DNA from: Squalus acanthias
Lineage: Eukaryota
Assembly (NCBI GenBank): GCA_030390025.1
Contig: CM059438.1
Location: 70,372,001-70,436,000, forward strand
Direction: 5' to 3'
DNA length: 64,000 nucleotides
The notes under the pieces are model-generated. The model was not told where the DNA came from and did no database searches. It worked only from the letters and a program-made list of their open reading frames with translations. The position numbers and the translations under genes were made by a program. This document shows, piece by piece, positions 1 through 12,425 of the stretch. Position 1 is the stretch's first letter; every line of letters begins with the position of its first letter.

Positions 1-1579
1 AAGTACAAACAGAAAGTCTAGTTGGAATAGTGAGTCCCGCACACAGATTTTGTTAAAAATTCATGTGATTCACACCATTCAGTATTTTTGCCTCTGGGAT
101 CATGGTGTGAACTCGGCCAAGACAGATGGGATGAAAGTTTTCATTCTCTGCTAACTGTAAGGGACTTAAGTGAAATGCGTTTGAGTCATCTTGACTCAGT
201 TCCTTGCAGGAGCACTGCTGACTGACATTATTCTTGCCCTTTTTATTGGTAATGAAATATATTTTAGATGCTTCATTTATTATCGGTTTGAAAAGTTTTT
301 CATAAAATCTGTAAAACTGCATTTGGGAACTTGGATATCCTATAAAAATTATGCAATGATTGTGTTTTATTTTCAAATCTCTTGAGGTGCGTTTTGTTCT
401 CAAACCTCGACAATTCCTCAGATTCTGGCTCCAACACCTGTGCTGATTGTAATGGAGCTTGAAGGCAGCAGGAAAAATGTCTGTTCTGACTAAACATTTG
501 CAGTGTCTGAGTGTGCTACAATGAGGTTTGACAACACAATGTTTATATACTTTATGCTTTCTCTGTGAGAGGCAAAGTGTCCTAAATTGGAACTGCTTGC
601 ATATCTAAGTGTTGAAATTAGAATTTACTTAAGCAAAGAACCATCAACCAGCTTGCAAATCATAGAGTTCAAAATGTGACATCTGATGTAGGCAGGATAT
701 AAGCCCGAATGTTTCATATTGTGAGCTTATCACTTATTTGGCGTACATATCCAGAAGAAACTGGATAAGTATCTGGTTAAGAAAGGGATCACCACTGCAG
801 ATCAGTGTCTTTGCAATATTACGCTCAGTAAAACCTAGTGGGGAAGAGGATGCCCTCTTAAGCTAAGTTCGTAACTTTCCTTAGTGGGACCAGGAGTGGC
901 AGGAGTGCTCCTCCAGGTCCCACAAGGAAAGTCTGGGCCTCTGCTGCCCCAGGCTCCACCCATTCCCACCCATAAAACAGCTCCAATCCACCCGTAACAT
1001 AACTTGGTGCTGGGGGGGCAGCCTCTTACTGCCCGTTTTGGGTTTGAAAGTTACCTTGCTCACGCCCTCTCCCCTCACCTGCCCAAAACCCGCTCCCTGT
1101 TAAAATCCTCCCCCCCCAACCACAATGTCTGCTAAAAGTAAAATAAGTTTTACATTGGACCTGGTTTTAGTCTGTCGGTCAAAGTTGTTTTTTATCACCA
1201 GAGACAAAGGCCCTCGTGCAGGGTTTTGGAGCAGGTGTCCTCGAACGCCGTGGAGTTTTAACTCCAGGGCGTGTGTCATTTTTTCCCCCCCCAGGTTCCA
1301 TGCCCGAAGGCTCCGCAAAAGGCCCCAGCCGCCGAGCAGGTAAATTTAGTGGTGCTGGTGGGTGGAGAGATTGGGGGGAGAGGGAGTGTGGTTAGAATCA
1401 TAGAAATTTACGGCACAGAAGGAGGCAATTCGGTTGTGAGCAGGGGTTGGTGATGGGGGTGGGGTTCAGGGGGAGATCCTGGAGATTGGTTGGGTGGGGG
1501 GGGGGGAAGGTTTACAGGGTAAGATTGTTGGGCCTGGAGGAACCACTCCTGCTCCTCCTGACCCACAAGCAGTGCTGTG

Positions 1580-2385
1580 TAGGCACTCCTTCAGCTGATG
1601 ATTCGGTACTCCTCCATGTTGAACACCACTTGAGGCAGCAAGGGCACAGAATGTACTCTGGGTGGGGGACTTCAACCAAGAATGGCTCAGTAGCACCACT
1701 ACTGACCGAGTTGACCGAGTCCTGAAGGCTAGACTGGGCCTGCGGCAGGTGGTGAGAGAACCATCACTAGTGTACCTGTCGCAGATGCATCTGTCCATGA
1801 CAGAGTGACCACCCCACAGTCCTTGTGGAGTCTTCACACTGATGACACCCTCCATCATGTTGTGCAGCACTACCAGCGTGCTAAATGGAATAGATTCAGA
1901 ACAGATCTAGCAGCTCAAAACTGGGCATCCATGAGGCATTGTAGGCCATCAGCAGCAGAATTTTATTCCACCACAATCTGTAACCTCATGCCTGGCATAT
2001 CCCTCACTCTACCATTACCATCAAGCCAGGGGACCAACCCTAGTGCAATGAAGAGTGTAGAAAAGCATGCTAGGAGTAGCACCGGGCGTACCTAAAAATG
2101 AGGTGCCAACCTGGTGAAGCTACAACACAGGACTACATGCATGCTAAACAGCAGAAGCAGCATGCTATAGAGAGAGCTAAGCGATCCCACAACCAACGGA
2201 TCAGATCAAAGCTCTGCAGTCCTGCCACTTCCGATCATGAATGGTGGTGGACAATTAAACAACTAATGGGAGGAGGAAGCTCCATGAACATCTCCATCCT
2301 CAATGATGGCGGAGCCGAGCACATGAATGCAAAGCGTTTGCATCCATCTTCAGCCAGAAATACCGAGTAGACTATCCATCTCGGC
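1580..2385 (+). mobile_element. Fragment of CR1-group non-LTR retrotransposon (same family as 45856-48455)
   Basis: Peptides RTDLAAQNWASMR and MRCQPGEATTQDYMHAKQQKQHAIERAKRSHNQRIRSKLCSP; co-linear with 45920-46800 in this window. Confidence 0.85.
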
Positions 2386-2389
2386 CTCC

Positions 2390-2696
2390 TGCTGGACCTC
2401 TCCAACCCCTGCAGACCCACTGCTCGCCTCGGTGAACCTGGCGGGTTTTCCGACGTCAAAGTGTTTACTTTTCCGCCCGCGCCTCTGCTGGAAAAATGTT
2501 AACAGGCAGTTAAGTGGCTGTAATCCCCTTCCCGCCTCCAGGATATGGGACCCGGCGCGGGTCGGCTACCCGCCTCCTGGGAAGATGGCATGGAGGTGCG
2601 TTGGGGGCAGGATGGGTACCCACCCCCAGATTCTGCCAAATTCCCGGCAGTCCCGCCTCCAAACCCGCCTCCCCAGGGTTGGTAAGATCGTGCCCG
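2390..2696. mobile_element. Partial MITE (family of 5239-6060)
   Basis: Aligns by eye with 5745-6060 (gttaacaggcagttaagtggctgtaatcccct...cccggcagtcccgcctccaaac). Confidence 0.7.
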
Positions 2697-2989
2697 AAGT
2701 ATTAGGCCACAGGTAAATGGAAACATGCAACCGTATTCTGATGAGCATCGGACCATTCAAAATGTCGCTTTGGGAGATATATCAGGCATGTTATTCTGTT
2801 GCAACTTATTCCAAAAATAAAATATAGACACCGATTTCTTTATCGTTGGCTGTAAAATCTGAATAATATTTTTTCTGAGAATAGGATCCCTTTGAAGAGC
2901 AGAATGATATGAAGTGTTTACTTTTCAAATCCAAGTGATTATTAACCCTTCTGGACAAAATGTATGTTTTTAAGTTCCATAAGGGATCT

Positions 2990-4350
2990 AGCACAGGTGA
3001 ACTGGAAAGAAAGATTGGCCAAAAAAACAGTAAATGAGCAATGGCAGGCCTTCAAGGCTGAGTTAGTTCAGGTATAAATCAAGCATATTCCCATAAGGAG
3101 GAAAGATGGGGCATCCAAAGCTAGAGCTCCCTGAATTGCAAAGGAAATAGAGGTTAAAATAAACAGAAAAAGGAGGTTCATGATAAATATCAGATATAGA
3201 ATACAATAGAAAACCAGGAAAAATACAAAGAGTGCAATTGGGAAATTGAAAAGGGATATAAAAAGGGCAAAGCATATGAGAAAAGATTAGCGGGTAACAC
3301 AAAAAGGAACACAAAAACCTTTTATAAATATAGACAAAGTAAAAGGATAATTAAAGGAATAGTGGGGCCAATTGGGGACAAAAAAGGGAATCTTCTTGCG
3401 GAAGCTGAGGGCATGAATGAGGTACTGAATGAGTAATTTGCATCTATCTTCACAAAAGAAGAGGATGAAGTTAATATCAAAGTAGGGGAGGGGGGAGTAG
3501 AGATATTGGATAGGATAAAAATAGATTGAAAATAGGTGCTAAATCAGTTGGTGGTCGGGAATCATTCAAAGTTAACAAGTCACTCGATCCAGATGGGATG
3601 CATCCTTGGGTTGCTGAGGAAAGCTAGGGTGGAGATAGCAGAAGCTCTGACCACAATCTTTCAATCCTCCTTGGATATTGGAATGATGCCAGAGGACTGG
3701 AGGATTGCAAATGTTACACCCCTGTTCAAAAAAGGGGAGAGGCATAAACCTGATAACTACAGGCCAGTCAGTCTAACATCAGTGGTGGGAAAACAACTAG
3801 AGACCATTTTCAAGGACATTAATTCTCATTGGAGAAGCATGGGTTAATGAGGGACAGCAGCACGGATTTGTTAAAGGCAAATCATGTCTGACTAATCTGA
3901 TTGAGTTCCTTGATGCAGTAACATAGAGGGTTGATGAAGGTAGTGCAGTAGATGTTGTATATATGGACTTTCAAACATAACAGACTTATTTGACAAATAG
4001 AAGCACATGGGATTAAAGCGACAAAGGTAACTTGGGTACTTAATTGGTTAAGGGATAGGAGGCAGAGAGTAGTGGTGAACGGATGTTTTTCTGACTAGAG
4101 AGAAGTACGTAGTGTGGTCCCCTCTGGGGTCGATATTAGGACCATTGCTTTTCTTGTTATATATAAATGACCTGAACTTGAGTATAGGAGTACAATTTTG
4201 AAGTTTGCAGATGATACAAAACTTGACAGCATAGTAAATGGTGAGCTGGATACAAGCAGACTTCAGGAGGACATAGACAGATTGGTGAAATGGGCAGATG
4301 TATGGCTGATACAATTTGATGCAGCTAATTATGAAGTGATGCACTTTGGG
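2990..4350 (+). mobile_element. Degraded CR1 LINE ORF2 (reverse transcriptase)
   Basis: PEDWRIANVTPLFKKGERHKPDNYRPVSLTSVVGK, HGFVKGKSCLTNLIEF and KFADDTKL motifs with stops and frameshifts. Confidence 0.9.
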
Positions 4351-4725
4351 AGAATCATAGAATAGACAGCACAGAAGGAGGCCATTCGGCCCATCGAGTT
4401 TGCGGCAGCTCTTTCGAAGAGCAATCCAGTTAGTTCCACTCCCCCGCTCTTTCCCCATATCCCAGCAATTTTTTCTCCTTCAAGTATTTATCCAGTTGAT
4501 CCAATTCTTGGGGATATCACCAACAACTCCCTTTCCTTGGGCTCAAATCCCCTGCCCCATAAAACTGCCATCATCACCCCTGCTCAAAAAAACTAGCCTT
4601 GATCCCTCCATCCTCTTGAACCATTACCCTCCCTCTAATCTCTTTTTCCTGTCTAGGGCTCTTGAACTTGTCATCACCCAGTTGCGCTCTCCCCTCTCCT
4701 GTCATTCCCTGTTCAAATCCTTATA

Positions 4726-4844
4726 TGAGAAGTCGCACAACACCAGGTTATAGTCCAACTTTTTTATTTAAAATTACGAGCTTTCGGAGCGCTGCTCCTT
4801 CTTCAGGTACAAGTCCACCCCAGTCCAACACCGGCATCTCCGCA
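4726..4844 (-). mobile_element. Short Penelope-like element end with 13-bp TSD
   Basis: Direct repeats tcaaatccttata at 4713-4725 and 4845-4857. The body is the reverse complement of the element end at 59320-59409 (ttggactataacctggtgttgtgcgacttctcat). Confidence 0.8.
4775..4809 (-). ncRNA. Minimal type-I hammerhead ribozyme motif (PLE-associated)
   Basis: Minus strand reads uac-CUGAAGA-A-GGAGC(agc)GCUCC-GAAA-gc-UC-gua. Confidence 0.7.
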
Positions 4845-5238
4845 TCAAATCCTTATAGTTTGGTTTCTGATCTTCACAGAGCACCAAGACCACCTTGGTC
4901 AAAGTTACCAATTACATTGTTTGTAATCATAACCTAGTGTGTTATCCCTTCTTATTCTCCTTGACCTCTCTGTGGTGTTCAACAGAGTTGACTAGTTCAT
5001 CTCGCTCAACTGCCTCTTCTGTATCGTGCATCTCCAACGATTAAACTTCTGCTGTTTTCATTCAAGTAGCCAACACACCTCCTCTCTACTGGCTTCTCCC
5101 TCCATCCCTGCACAGTCAACTCAAGAGTCTCCCAAGGTATCACCTTTAGCCACCTCCTATTTCTCATCTACATGCTGACCCTCAATGACATTATCCATAG
5201 GCATGGAGTCAGTTTCTGATGTATATAGATGACACTAT

Positions 5239-6060
5239 GGGCTGGATTTTGTCAATGGGGAGCTTTTGGAGGCGGGACTCCCACTTGTCGGGTTTCAGTC
5301 CCGCCTCCATCAACTTCTGGCCAACCCACGCTATTTTCCCTTGATTGACCTTGTTAAGCCCACCCAGCGGTCTTAGCAGGCCAATTAAGGGAAAGCCGGT
5401 TACAGAGAACGTCAATGTATGACGTTTCATCTGTCAAAAATTTTTGACAGATGAATTGTCGTCGTTTGACAGCTCGGTGAAGCTGTCAAACAGTGAAATT
5501 CTGTGTAGTTTGATGAGTTCTTGAATTCAAGACCTCATCAAACCTCTTTCTTTTGCAGAAATTAGATGGTTATTGCATTGGAGAATGCAACGGCCATCTG
5601 TCATCTCTACCGCAGAGGTGCGACCCAAGGATTGAAGCCTGCAGGAAGAAACAAAGGTAAGTAAACTTTTTCTAACACTTTGCACTTACCTCACATACTC
5701 ACCTCTCCACACTTGCACCCATCACTCACCTCCACAGCACACTTTTGGACCCCTCTGACCCCCGCAGACCCACTACTCGCCTCGGTGACCCTGGCGGATT
5801 TTGGAGCCTTCGGGAAGCCCGCACTTGTGTGGGCAAAAAGGGGATAATCCTATTTTCTGCCTGTTAACTACCTGTTAACAGGCAGTTAAGTGGCTGTAAT
5901 CCCTTCCCACCTCCAAGGAGATGGGACCCGGCGTGGGACGGCTACCCGCCTCCTGGCAAGATGGCACGGAGGCGGGTTGAGCACCCGCCCCCAAATTCTG
6001 CCATTTTCCCGGCAGTCCCGCCTCCAAACTCGCCTCCCCAGGGCTGGCAAAATCCAGCCC
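5239..6060. mobile_element. PIF/Harbinger-type MITE
   Basis: Perfect 13-bp TIR gggctggattttg / caaaatccagccc; flanks tat/tac. Confidence 0.8.
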
Positions 6061-8392
6061 TACCTCTCTGTCACCAACATCAACTCCATGACTAAGACTG
6101 TGCTACTAGATTGCTTGTCTGACATCAAATGCATTAAGTTCAAAATCCCTATCCTAATTTTACAAAGTCCGCCACACCTCACGCCACCCTACCTCTTCAA
6201 ATCCTACCTGCCAGGTGCCACCCTCCACTTTTCCAAGTATAGCCCCTTTTACATCTCTGCTCCACTTCCATATCTTCATGTGACAGCCTTCAGCTGTCTG
6301 AAACATTCTTCCTAAACCCCTCCACATTACTACATCTTCACTTTTTCTTGCTATCTCTTTTTTCTCTCCAATAATCCAATCTTTCTTTCACTCTCTTTAC
6401 TTCTCTTTCTGTACCTGATTTAACTTTAATTCACCCTCCTTCTCTGTTGTTCCTCTGTTTCTTTCTCAATCCTTAAATCTCATTGATTAAGGAGATAGAC
6501 TGTTGGTCCCGTCCTTCACTGAGGTCCCAGATGCCCTGTTGCCCTCGCCGCACCGTTATCAGCTCGCACTAACAGGGCAAGAATTTTTCGAGCTGCAAAA
6601 TGTAGGATAAAGTCTAACTAATGCCGCATGCTGCGAGACGCCCTGCTCCAGCAAGATTTGAGCCATTGTTATGTTGCCAGAGTATACCTTCTGCAGTACT
6701 GAACGAATGTAGTCAGGTTGCCAAGCTGTTGGTTCTGACTGGAGTAGCTCCTCGAGATTTGCTGGTGCCTGAGCCAAACCTCCATTTTATGCCAAGGGAC
6801 AACAAGCTATAGCGACACCTCAATTTTCTCAATTAGCCTAAATGCTCTGCAGAAAATGCCAACGTCACACATCATTTCTGCTGCCTGTGGAATAACCGCA
6901 ACAAATGATTGTCCTTGAAGAACCATCCCAAGCAGATGTACAATAGATACTGCGCAGGTCCCAAAATGTCCCAAAATTATTGAGTCATATTTTCCCACAT
7001 TCTTGCTACATCATTTTTTGGTAACAAATCTTAAAACTATTTACTGAAGCCACGAAAATATTAAAATTGCTCACGGTCAACATTCACTAATAACACACTG
7101 GAAGAGTTCATCAGTCATCAAGTAACAGGATATATCCAGTGAATTAAATACTGAGTGTCTAGCACTATGACTGCAGCTGTCTGTCAGTCAAGAATAAGGA
7201 AAAGATTCATTCATCTTGACAGAGGTGATGGTTGAGAAGAACATAAAGTCTGTTGGCAGGTGCTCTTTTATTTTTTTTAGTCAGGACAAAGCAAAGTTGC
7301 AATTCTTCCAAGAGCTGAGACCTGACTGTGCGTAGTTGTTTGTCTTTTGCCAGAGGCTCGCGATTGTCCCTGACTCCATGGAGGTACCTCGTGTTGCAGG
7401 ATCTCGTTGCAGTAAACTCTGCTTTCGTTCCTGCCTTCCCCTGGCTATTGCAAACTGAAACAATTCCACAATAGACTAAATTTTGCCGAACAAAATGTTT
7501 TTGTGACAAGTGCAAAGTGGCCAAATGGCAAGGAGTGAGTTTTAAGTTGCGCTATGATTGGAATAAACGTGAAGAAACCAGTAGTTCACATTCTCAGTCT
7601 CTCAGACTGGTGCATTTACAGATGTCTGAATGAATAAGGGAGTCACCAACAAAGTTAAAGTTGATTAAAACAATCCATAAATTTCAATTTCATGGTAGGC
7701 CTCCGTGACAACTGCAGCACAGCTAACATGGTAGTTTAATTATTTGGTATTGTTTTTCTATATTTTTCATGTCTGGCTAAACAATCTGGCACATTTTCAG
7801 ACAGACTGCTACAGTTTAACTTTGATCTATTAATATGTTGCTTACATTTCTTATAAGCTTAAAATAATGCAGATTGAAAGTTGATCTGGCATGTACTTTG
7901 AAACTGGAGGGGGTGCAGATAATGATATAAACTGAGAGAATGGGGCTGCACTGTTGGCTGCCTTAAACCCAAAGACATGGAAGTGTGAGGCAAGCGACCA
8001 GACAGTGGTCCCGTGGTGAAATCTTGTGCTATTAATCCAGCAATGGATTTTCTTTTTTTTGGCTGCTGTTTTGCCTCTGAGACTTTGGTGCCCATGATTC
8101 CCTGAAGATGGTAGGTCCCCCATTTCAACCGAGCTATCCAAGATTGAGGTCTGAGTGTAAGCCAGACATCGACTGTATCATCTCCGCTTGGCTGCTTTTG
8201 CATAGCTCCCGTCAACCAGTTACAGAATGTTATGGAGAAAGGCACGAGAGTTGGTCACCCTCAAACTGGGGAATAGTGCAGAAGCTATAAAAGAAAGGAG
8301 AAAATAAAATAACTAGTTTTTCCTATTATCAGAACTGAGACTGCTGCAAAGTGGATCTTTCTTGAACTCTGTCTATGGGCCGACCCAACATT

Positions 8393-8995
8393 GGGCCAGA
8401 ATTTGCTGTAGCAGGGCAACTAAAGGCGTCTGCCCTTGCACGTAAGACTTGCCCTTGCACATTTAGGTTTTTAAATTTTTCGCGTGGCAAGTTGTTGAAA
8501 GTACGAGCTGATAACGGCGCAGCGAGGGAAACTGGGTATCTGGGACCTGAGTGAACACGGGAAGCTACTGTGTATATCCTTAACCAATCAAAATTGAAGG
8601 ATTGTGAAATGAACAATGCAAAGATTGAGAACAAAGTGTAAATTAGAGTGTGTGAATTCAATGCCAAATCAGGTACAGAAAGAGAAATAAAGAGGGAAAG
8701 AAAGATCAGATTAAGAGAGAGAGAAAAGAGAAAGGAAAAGTAAATAAAAATTAAATTTTAAATTTGACATTTAAAAAATCTCCAATAACAATTAATACCT
8801 GAAAGAATGAGATTCCACACTTTTAATAGTTAATTTTCTGTGCCAGAGAGGTTGATTGGCAGTACGGCAGTAATTAACACTTATAAAGTCATTAACCGTG
8901 CATCTGCCCCTCGCCTGAAGTTGATATACCGTTGAGGCAGAAATAACAGCGAGTTCCATTAGCCTTGCTGTTATTTTGACAGCAAAATCTGGCCC
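8393..8995. mobile_element. PIF/Harbinger-type MITE
   Basis: TIR gggccagaatttgctgt / acagcaaaatctggccc with 3-bp TSD att/att. A partial inverted relative lies at about 6340-6664. Confidence 0.8.
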
Positions 8996-9211
8996 ATTAT
9001 GTCACCAGCAGTGTGCTATTAAACATTGAAAAAAAGATAGTAAATGCAATCAACACGTTCACAGAATCAGGCAGCGGCACTTAAAGGAGCAGTGTTTCTT
9101 GGCAGACACTGTTTGTGTTAAAATTGCAATATTAATGATCATCCTAGCAAAGGACAATCAAGGAACACTACACCTTTAAAGGGGATGAAATATTACAGGC
9201 CGTCATTTAAT

Positions 9212-9973
9212 GGGCCAGAAATTCGGGTCGGAGGCTTCCCGCGGGTGCAAGCCCCCGACCTGCATTTACCTAGCGCGCCTGCCGTTGTGCTGTGGGCCCG
9301 CGTGGGATTCGGGTCCTGGGCCTCCTCCAGCTGCCGGCGTGCAGTGCTCGCAGATCCCAGCGGCGCAGTTAGTTCAAAGCATCCCCTGGGATCACGTGGG
9401 CCATGGAGAGCCAATCGTAGCAGGGAATCTCCATTCATAGATTTGACAGGAAGACTTGTCAAATCTATGAATAGAGATCGGCCCCAAAACCTAACTAAAA
9501 CTTCAAATAATTTTTTTTTTAATCACATTTTAAAAATAACTATAAATTACATAAAATAACTATTTTAAACAATAATTTACATTTTTGAAAAAATTAATTA
9601 CTGTTTTTAACGGGGCTAAAAATAAACTTACCTTTCTTTAAAGTATTTAAAAATAATAAACCTGTGGAAAAAATGTTTTAATTTTACTTAATTCACCACT
9701 TACCTTGTTAAAAGCAGGCCTTGTGCCTGCTTTTTCCCCGCGCAGCTGCTAGGGACTTACCCTCACGGAGAAACCTGAAAAAGAAGCCAAAGTTCCAGGC
9801 GTACGCGCTGCCTCTCCGGCGCACGCATTTGACCTGTGAACCCCTTCCTTCAAGGGAAGGGAAGTTCCAGTTTCCCGTGCATGCGCAGTGCATGCGCGAA
9901 ACCGGCACTTTTGTTGGGCCTACGGGTGAGTACACAGCGCGTACTCACCCGTGGAGACCCGAATTTCTGGCCC
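9212..9973. mobile_element. PIF/Harbinger-type MITE
   Basis: Perfect 18-bp TIR gggccagaaattcgggtc / gacccgaatttctggccc with an AT-rich core; relative at about 43520-44170. Confidence 0.8.
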
Positions 9974-10350
9974 AGTGTCAGTTTGACTTAATGGTAGTAC
10001 TCTCACCTCTGAGTCAGAAAACCGTGGGTTCAAGCCCCACTCTAGCACTTAATCACAGAATCAAGGCTTACACTTCAGTGCAGTACTGAGGGAGCGCTGC
10101 ATTACTGGAGGAGCCATCTTTCAAATGAGACATTAAACCATTGCCTATTCAGGTGGATGCAAAAGATCCCTTGGTACAATTTGAAAAGAGCAGGGGAGTT
10201 CTCCCGGTGTCTTGGCCAACATTTATCCTTCAACCATTACCACCAGAACAGATTATCTGATCACTTACCTCCTTTGCTGTTTCTGGGAACTTGCTTGCAA
10301 ATTCACTGCCATGTAAGCATGCCAAACAACAGTGACTACACTTCAAAAAT
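9974..10350 (+). mobile_element. tRNA-headed Deu-domain SINE (SacSINE1/AmnSINE1-like)
   Basis: B-box-like gggttcaagccc, then cagtgcagtactgagggagcgctgcat...ggggagttctcccggtgtcttggccaacatttatcc; shared with other copies in the window. Confidence 0.7.
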
Positions 10351-10656
10351 AATTCCTTGTGGGCATCGATCTAGAGCACAAAACTGCCTCTAATTTGACA
10401 CTAGTTGCCACTAAATTTGAATCACATTCATAGACGCCACAGGTTGGCTGATGTATAGAATGGAGAAATAGCACATGGTGTATTAGGAATGCTTTTCTGT
10501 CGTTGTTGTGAGGCATATAGTTGGAGCAGAATACAGAGATCATTCATTCTTGTGACTTATTTTTTATTACTTCTCAAAACAAGGGTGTTGCTGGCAAGGA
10601 TGCCTGATTGCCCATCCCTATTTGCCCTGACAAGGTGGTGAACCACCAGAATGTGA

Positions 10657-12425
10657 GGGCTTGATTTTGCTGGCACTCAGATTGCAGGTTCAGAGGCGGG
10701 TCAGCTGTCAAAATCGCAAAGATTGACAGCGGGTAGGAAACCCACTGTCAACCCACCTCCACGCGAGTCTCCCATGTGTCGGGTCTGTCAGCGGAGAACT
10801 GACCCAACACCAAGCGGCGGGGGAGACAATTGAGCTCATTAAATGGCTTGTTAACAGCCAATGTAATGGTATTTTGAGGCTTCCTTCCAATTTTACGTGC
10901 TCCCCCACGGGTTACCCACTGCTCAGGGAACACGCCAGCTCACCCTGGCGTGAGCTGAGTCTGCACTGATGTTTCTGATAAGCTGACAGCTGCAGAAGTG
11001 GTATAACGTATGCCATGTTGCAGATGGTCAGTTTCAGAGTGCAGAAACTGTTGGTTAAGGCATTTGTAAGACAGAGATTTCTTTAGCTTACAAGTGTTTA
11101 GAGACAACTGTATGCCCAGTGCCACCTCATTGGAACAACCTCTCTCACCATTGACAGATCACTTCTGTCATCTCACCTGCAGCTGACATTTATTGCAGCA
11201 ACATCGGTGCCCTAGAAACTATCTCACCTTGCTCCTCTGATTCCTTCCACGATCCGCCCCAACACCAACATCACCAGGCACACCAGCAGCACCAACACAA
11301 CACCAACCTTCTCCACCATCACCTGATGCTGCACAGGATACAGAGCATTAGCCCCTGACAACATTGCTGCCCAGGAGACCAGCGATGGCATCACCATGGC
11401 CAGATTTACTTCACTTGACGCTGTAAATCCTGGCTGCCACATGATGCGCCAGGTTGACACCATCCTACACCAGCACCATAAAGCATTCCTTTAATGTCCA
11501 AGCCATTCCATGCACTCTCATCCTTAGAGCGGGGGGCAGGGAAGTTATGTCTCAACATTCACTGTAACTCAGTAAGACACTTCTCAAGGTGCGCACAGAT
11601 CTGTCCAATAAGGGGCAGCGTTGAAAATATAGATTTCACTGTATAACAACACATTAACAGAAACTTCACATGAACATTGGCTAAACCTCTCAAGTGCCTA
11701 CCCTTGTGTGTTGTTAGTTGGTATGCTTGCAGTAGGATGAGGGTGAGTGTGAGGGGTGGCTAGTGAGATGGGAAAGTGTTAATGTAGATAGAGAGGGATG
11801 GGTGAAGGTGCAAGGTAAGTTGGTGTGAGTAAGGATGTGCAGGAGTAGGGTAGGGAAGGCAGAGTGATGGGGATGTGTTGAGTGGCACAGCAGGGTGAGT
11901 TTGAGTGTGGCTTTGCAGTAAAGTTTCGTGATCCACTGAGATCATTGAAAGGTTTGCGCCACTGCATCCAGGGACCCCTGACGACATCCCTGCTGTTGCC
12001 CTCCTGTGCAATGTGCAACCAGGCTGCGTTGGTGTCCTGGGGAGGTCTCTTCCACCCTTGGAAGGGAAGAGAACCTCCCTATGTGCTGTGACTCCCTCCA
12101 TAAGCATATGGAGGGAGTCATTGGAGAGCCTGGGTGCAACCGTCCACCTTTGTGCAGTGCTTGTCAGTGTTTGCAGCACCTCAGTGCTGGAAAACACTGA
12201 CAGCGCAACTGTCAAAATGAATGTGGACATGGCCCCTTTAAGGAAACCGGCTTCTGATGCGTCATCAGACCTGGTTCCTTTTAATAGGCTTGGAAGTCCG
12301 CAGGGCTTAACAAGGCCAATCAAGGGAAAATCCCTTTGACAGAGCGGCTGCAGCTGGGAGCGGGACCGGAAGCCCGCAAACAGCTATCCCACCACCATCC
12401 CGACACCACTGAGAAAATCCAGCCC
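10657..12425. mobile_element. Non-autonomous Harbinger derivative with a Myb/SANT-like gene remnant on the minus strand
   Basis: TIR gggcttgatttt / aaaatccagccc, flanks tga/taa. Minus-strand APRLSNDSLHMLMEGVTAHREVLFP and WLHIAQEGNSRDVVRGPWMQWRKPFNDL resemble Harbinger Myb/SANT proteins. Confidence 0.75.

Larger units (their letters stand above)
4540..6330 (+). mobile_element. Degraded L2 LINE fragment interrupted by a Penelope end (4726-4844) and a MITE (5239-6060)
   Basis: Pyrimidine-rich sequence co-linear with the L2 at 49800-50760 (catcacccctgctcaaaaaa; ctatttctcatctacatgct). The YADD-region gatgacac...tacctct is split by the MITE. Confidence 0.7.

Noticed and set aside
6670..7620. Minus-strand short ORFs as a TRIM32 remnant or other gene
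   Set aside because: No RING, B-box or NHL motifs; I could not assign any family.
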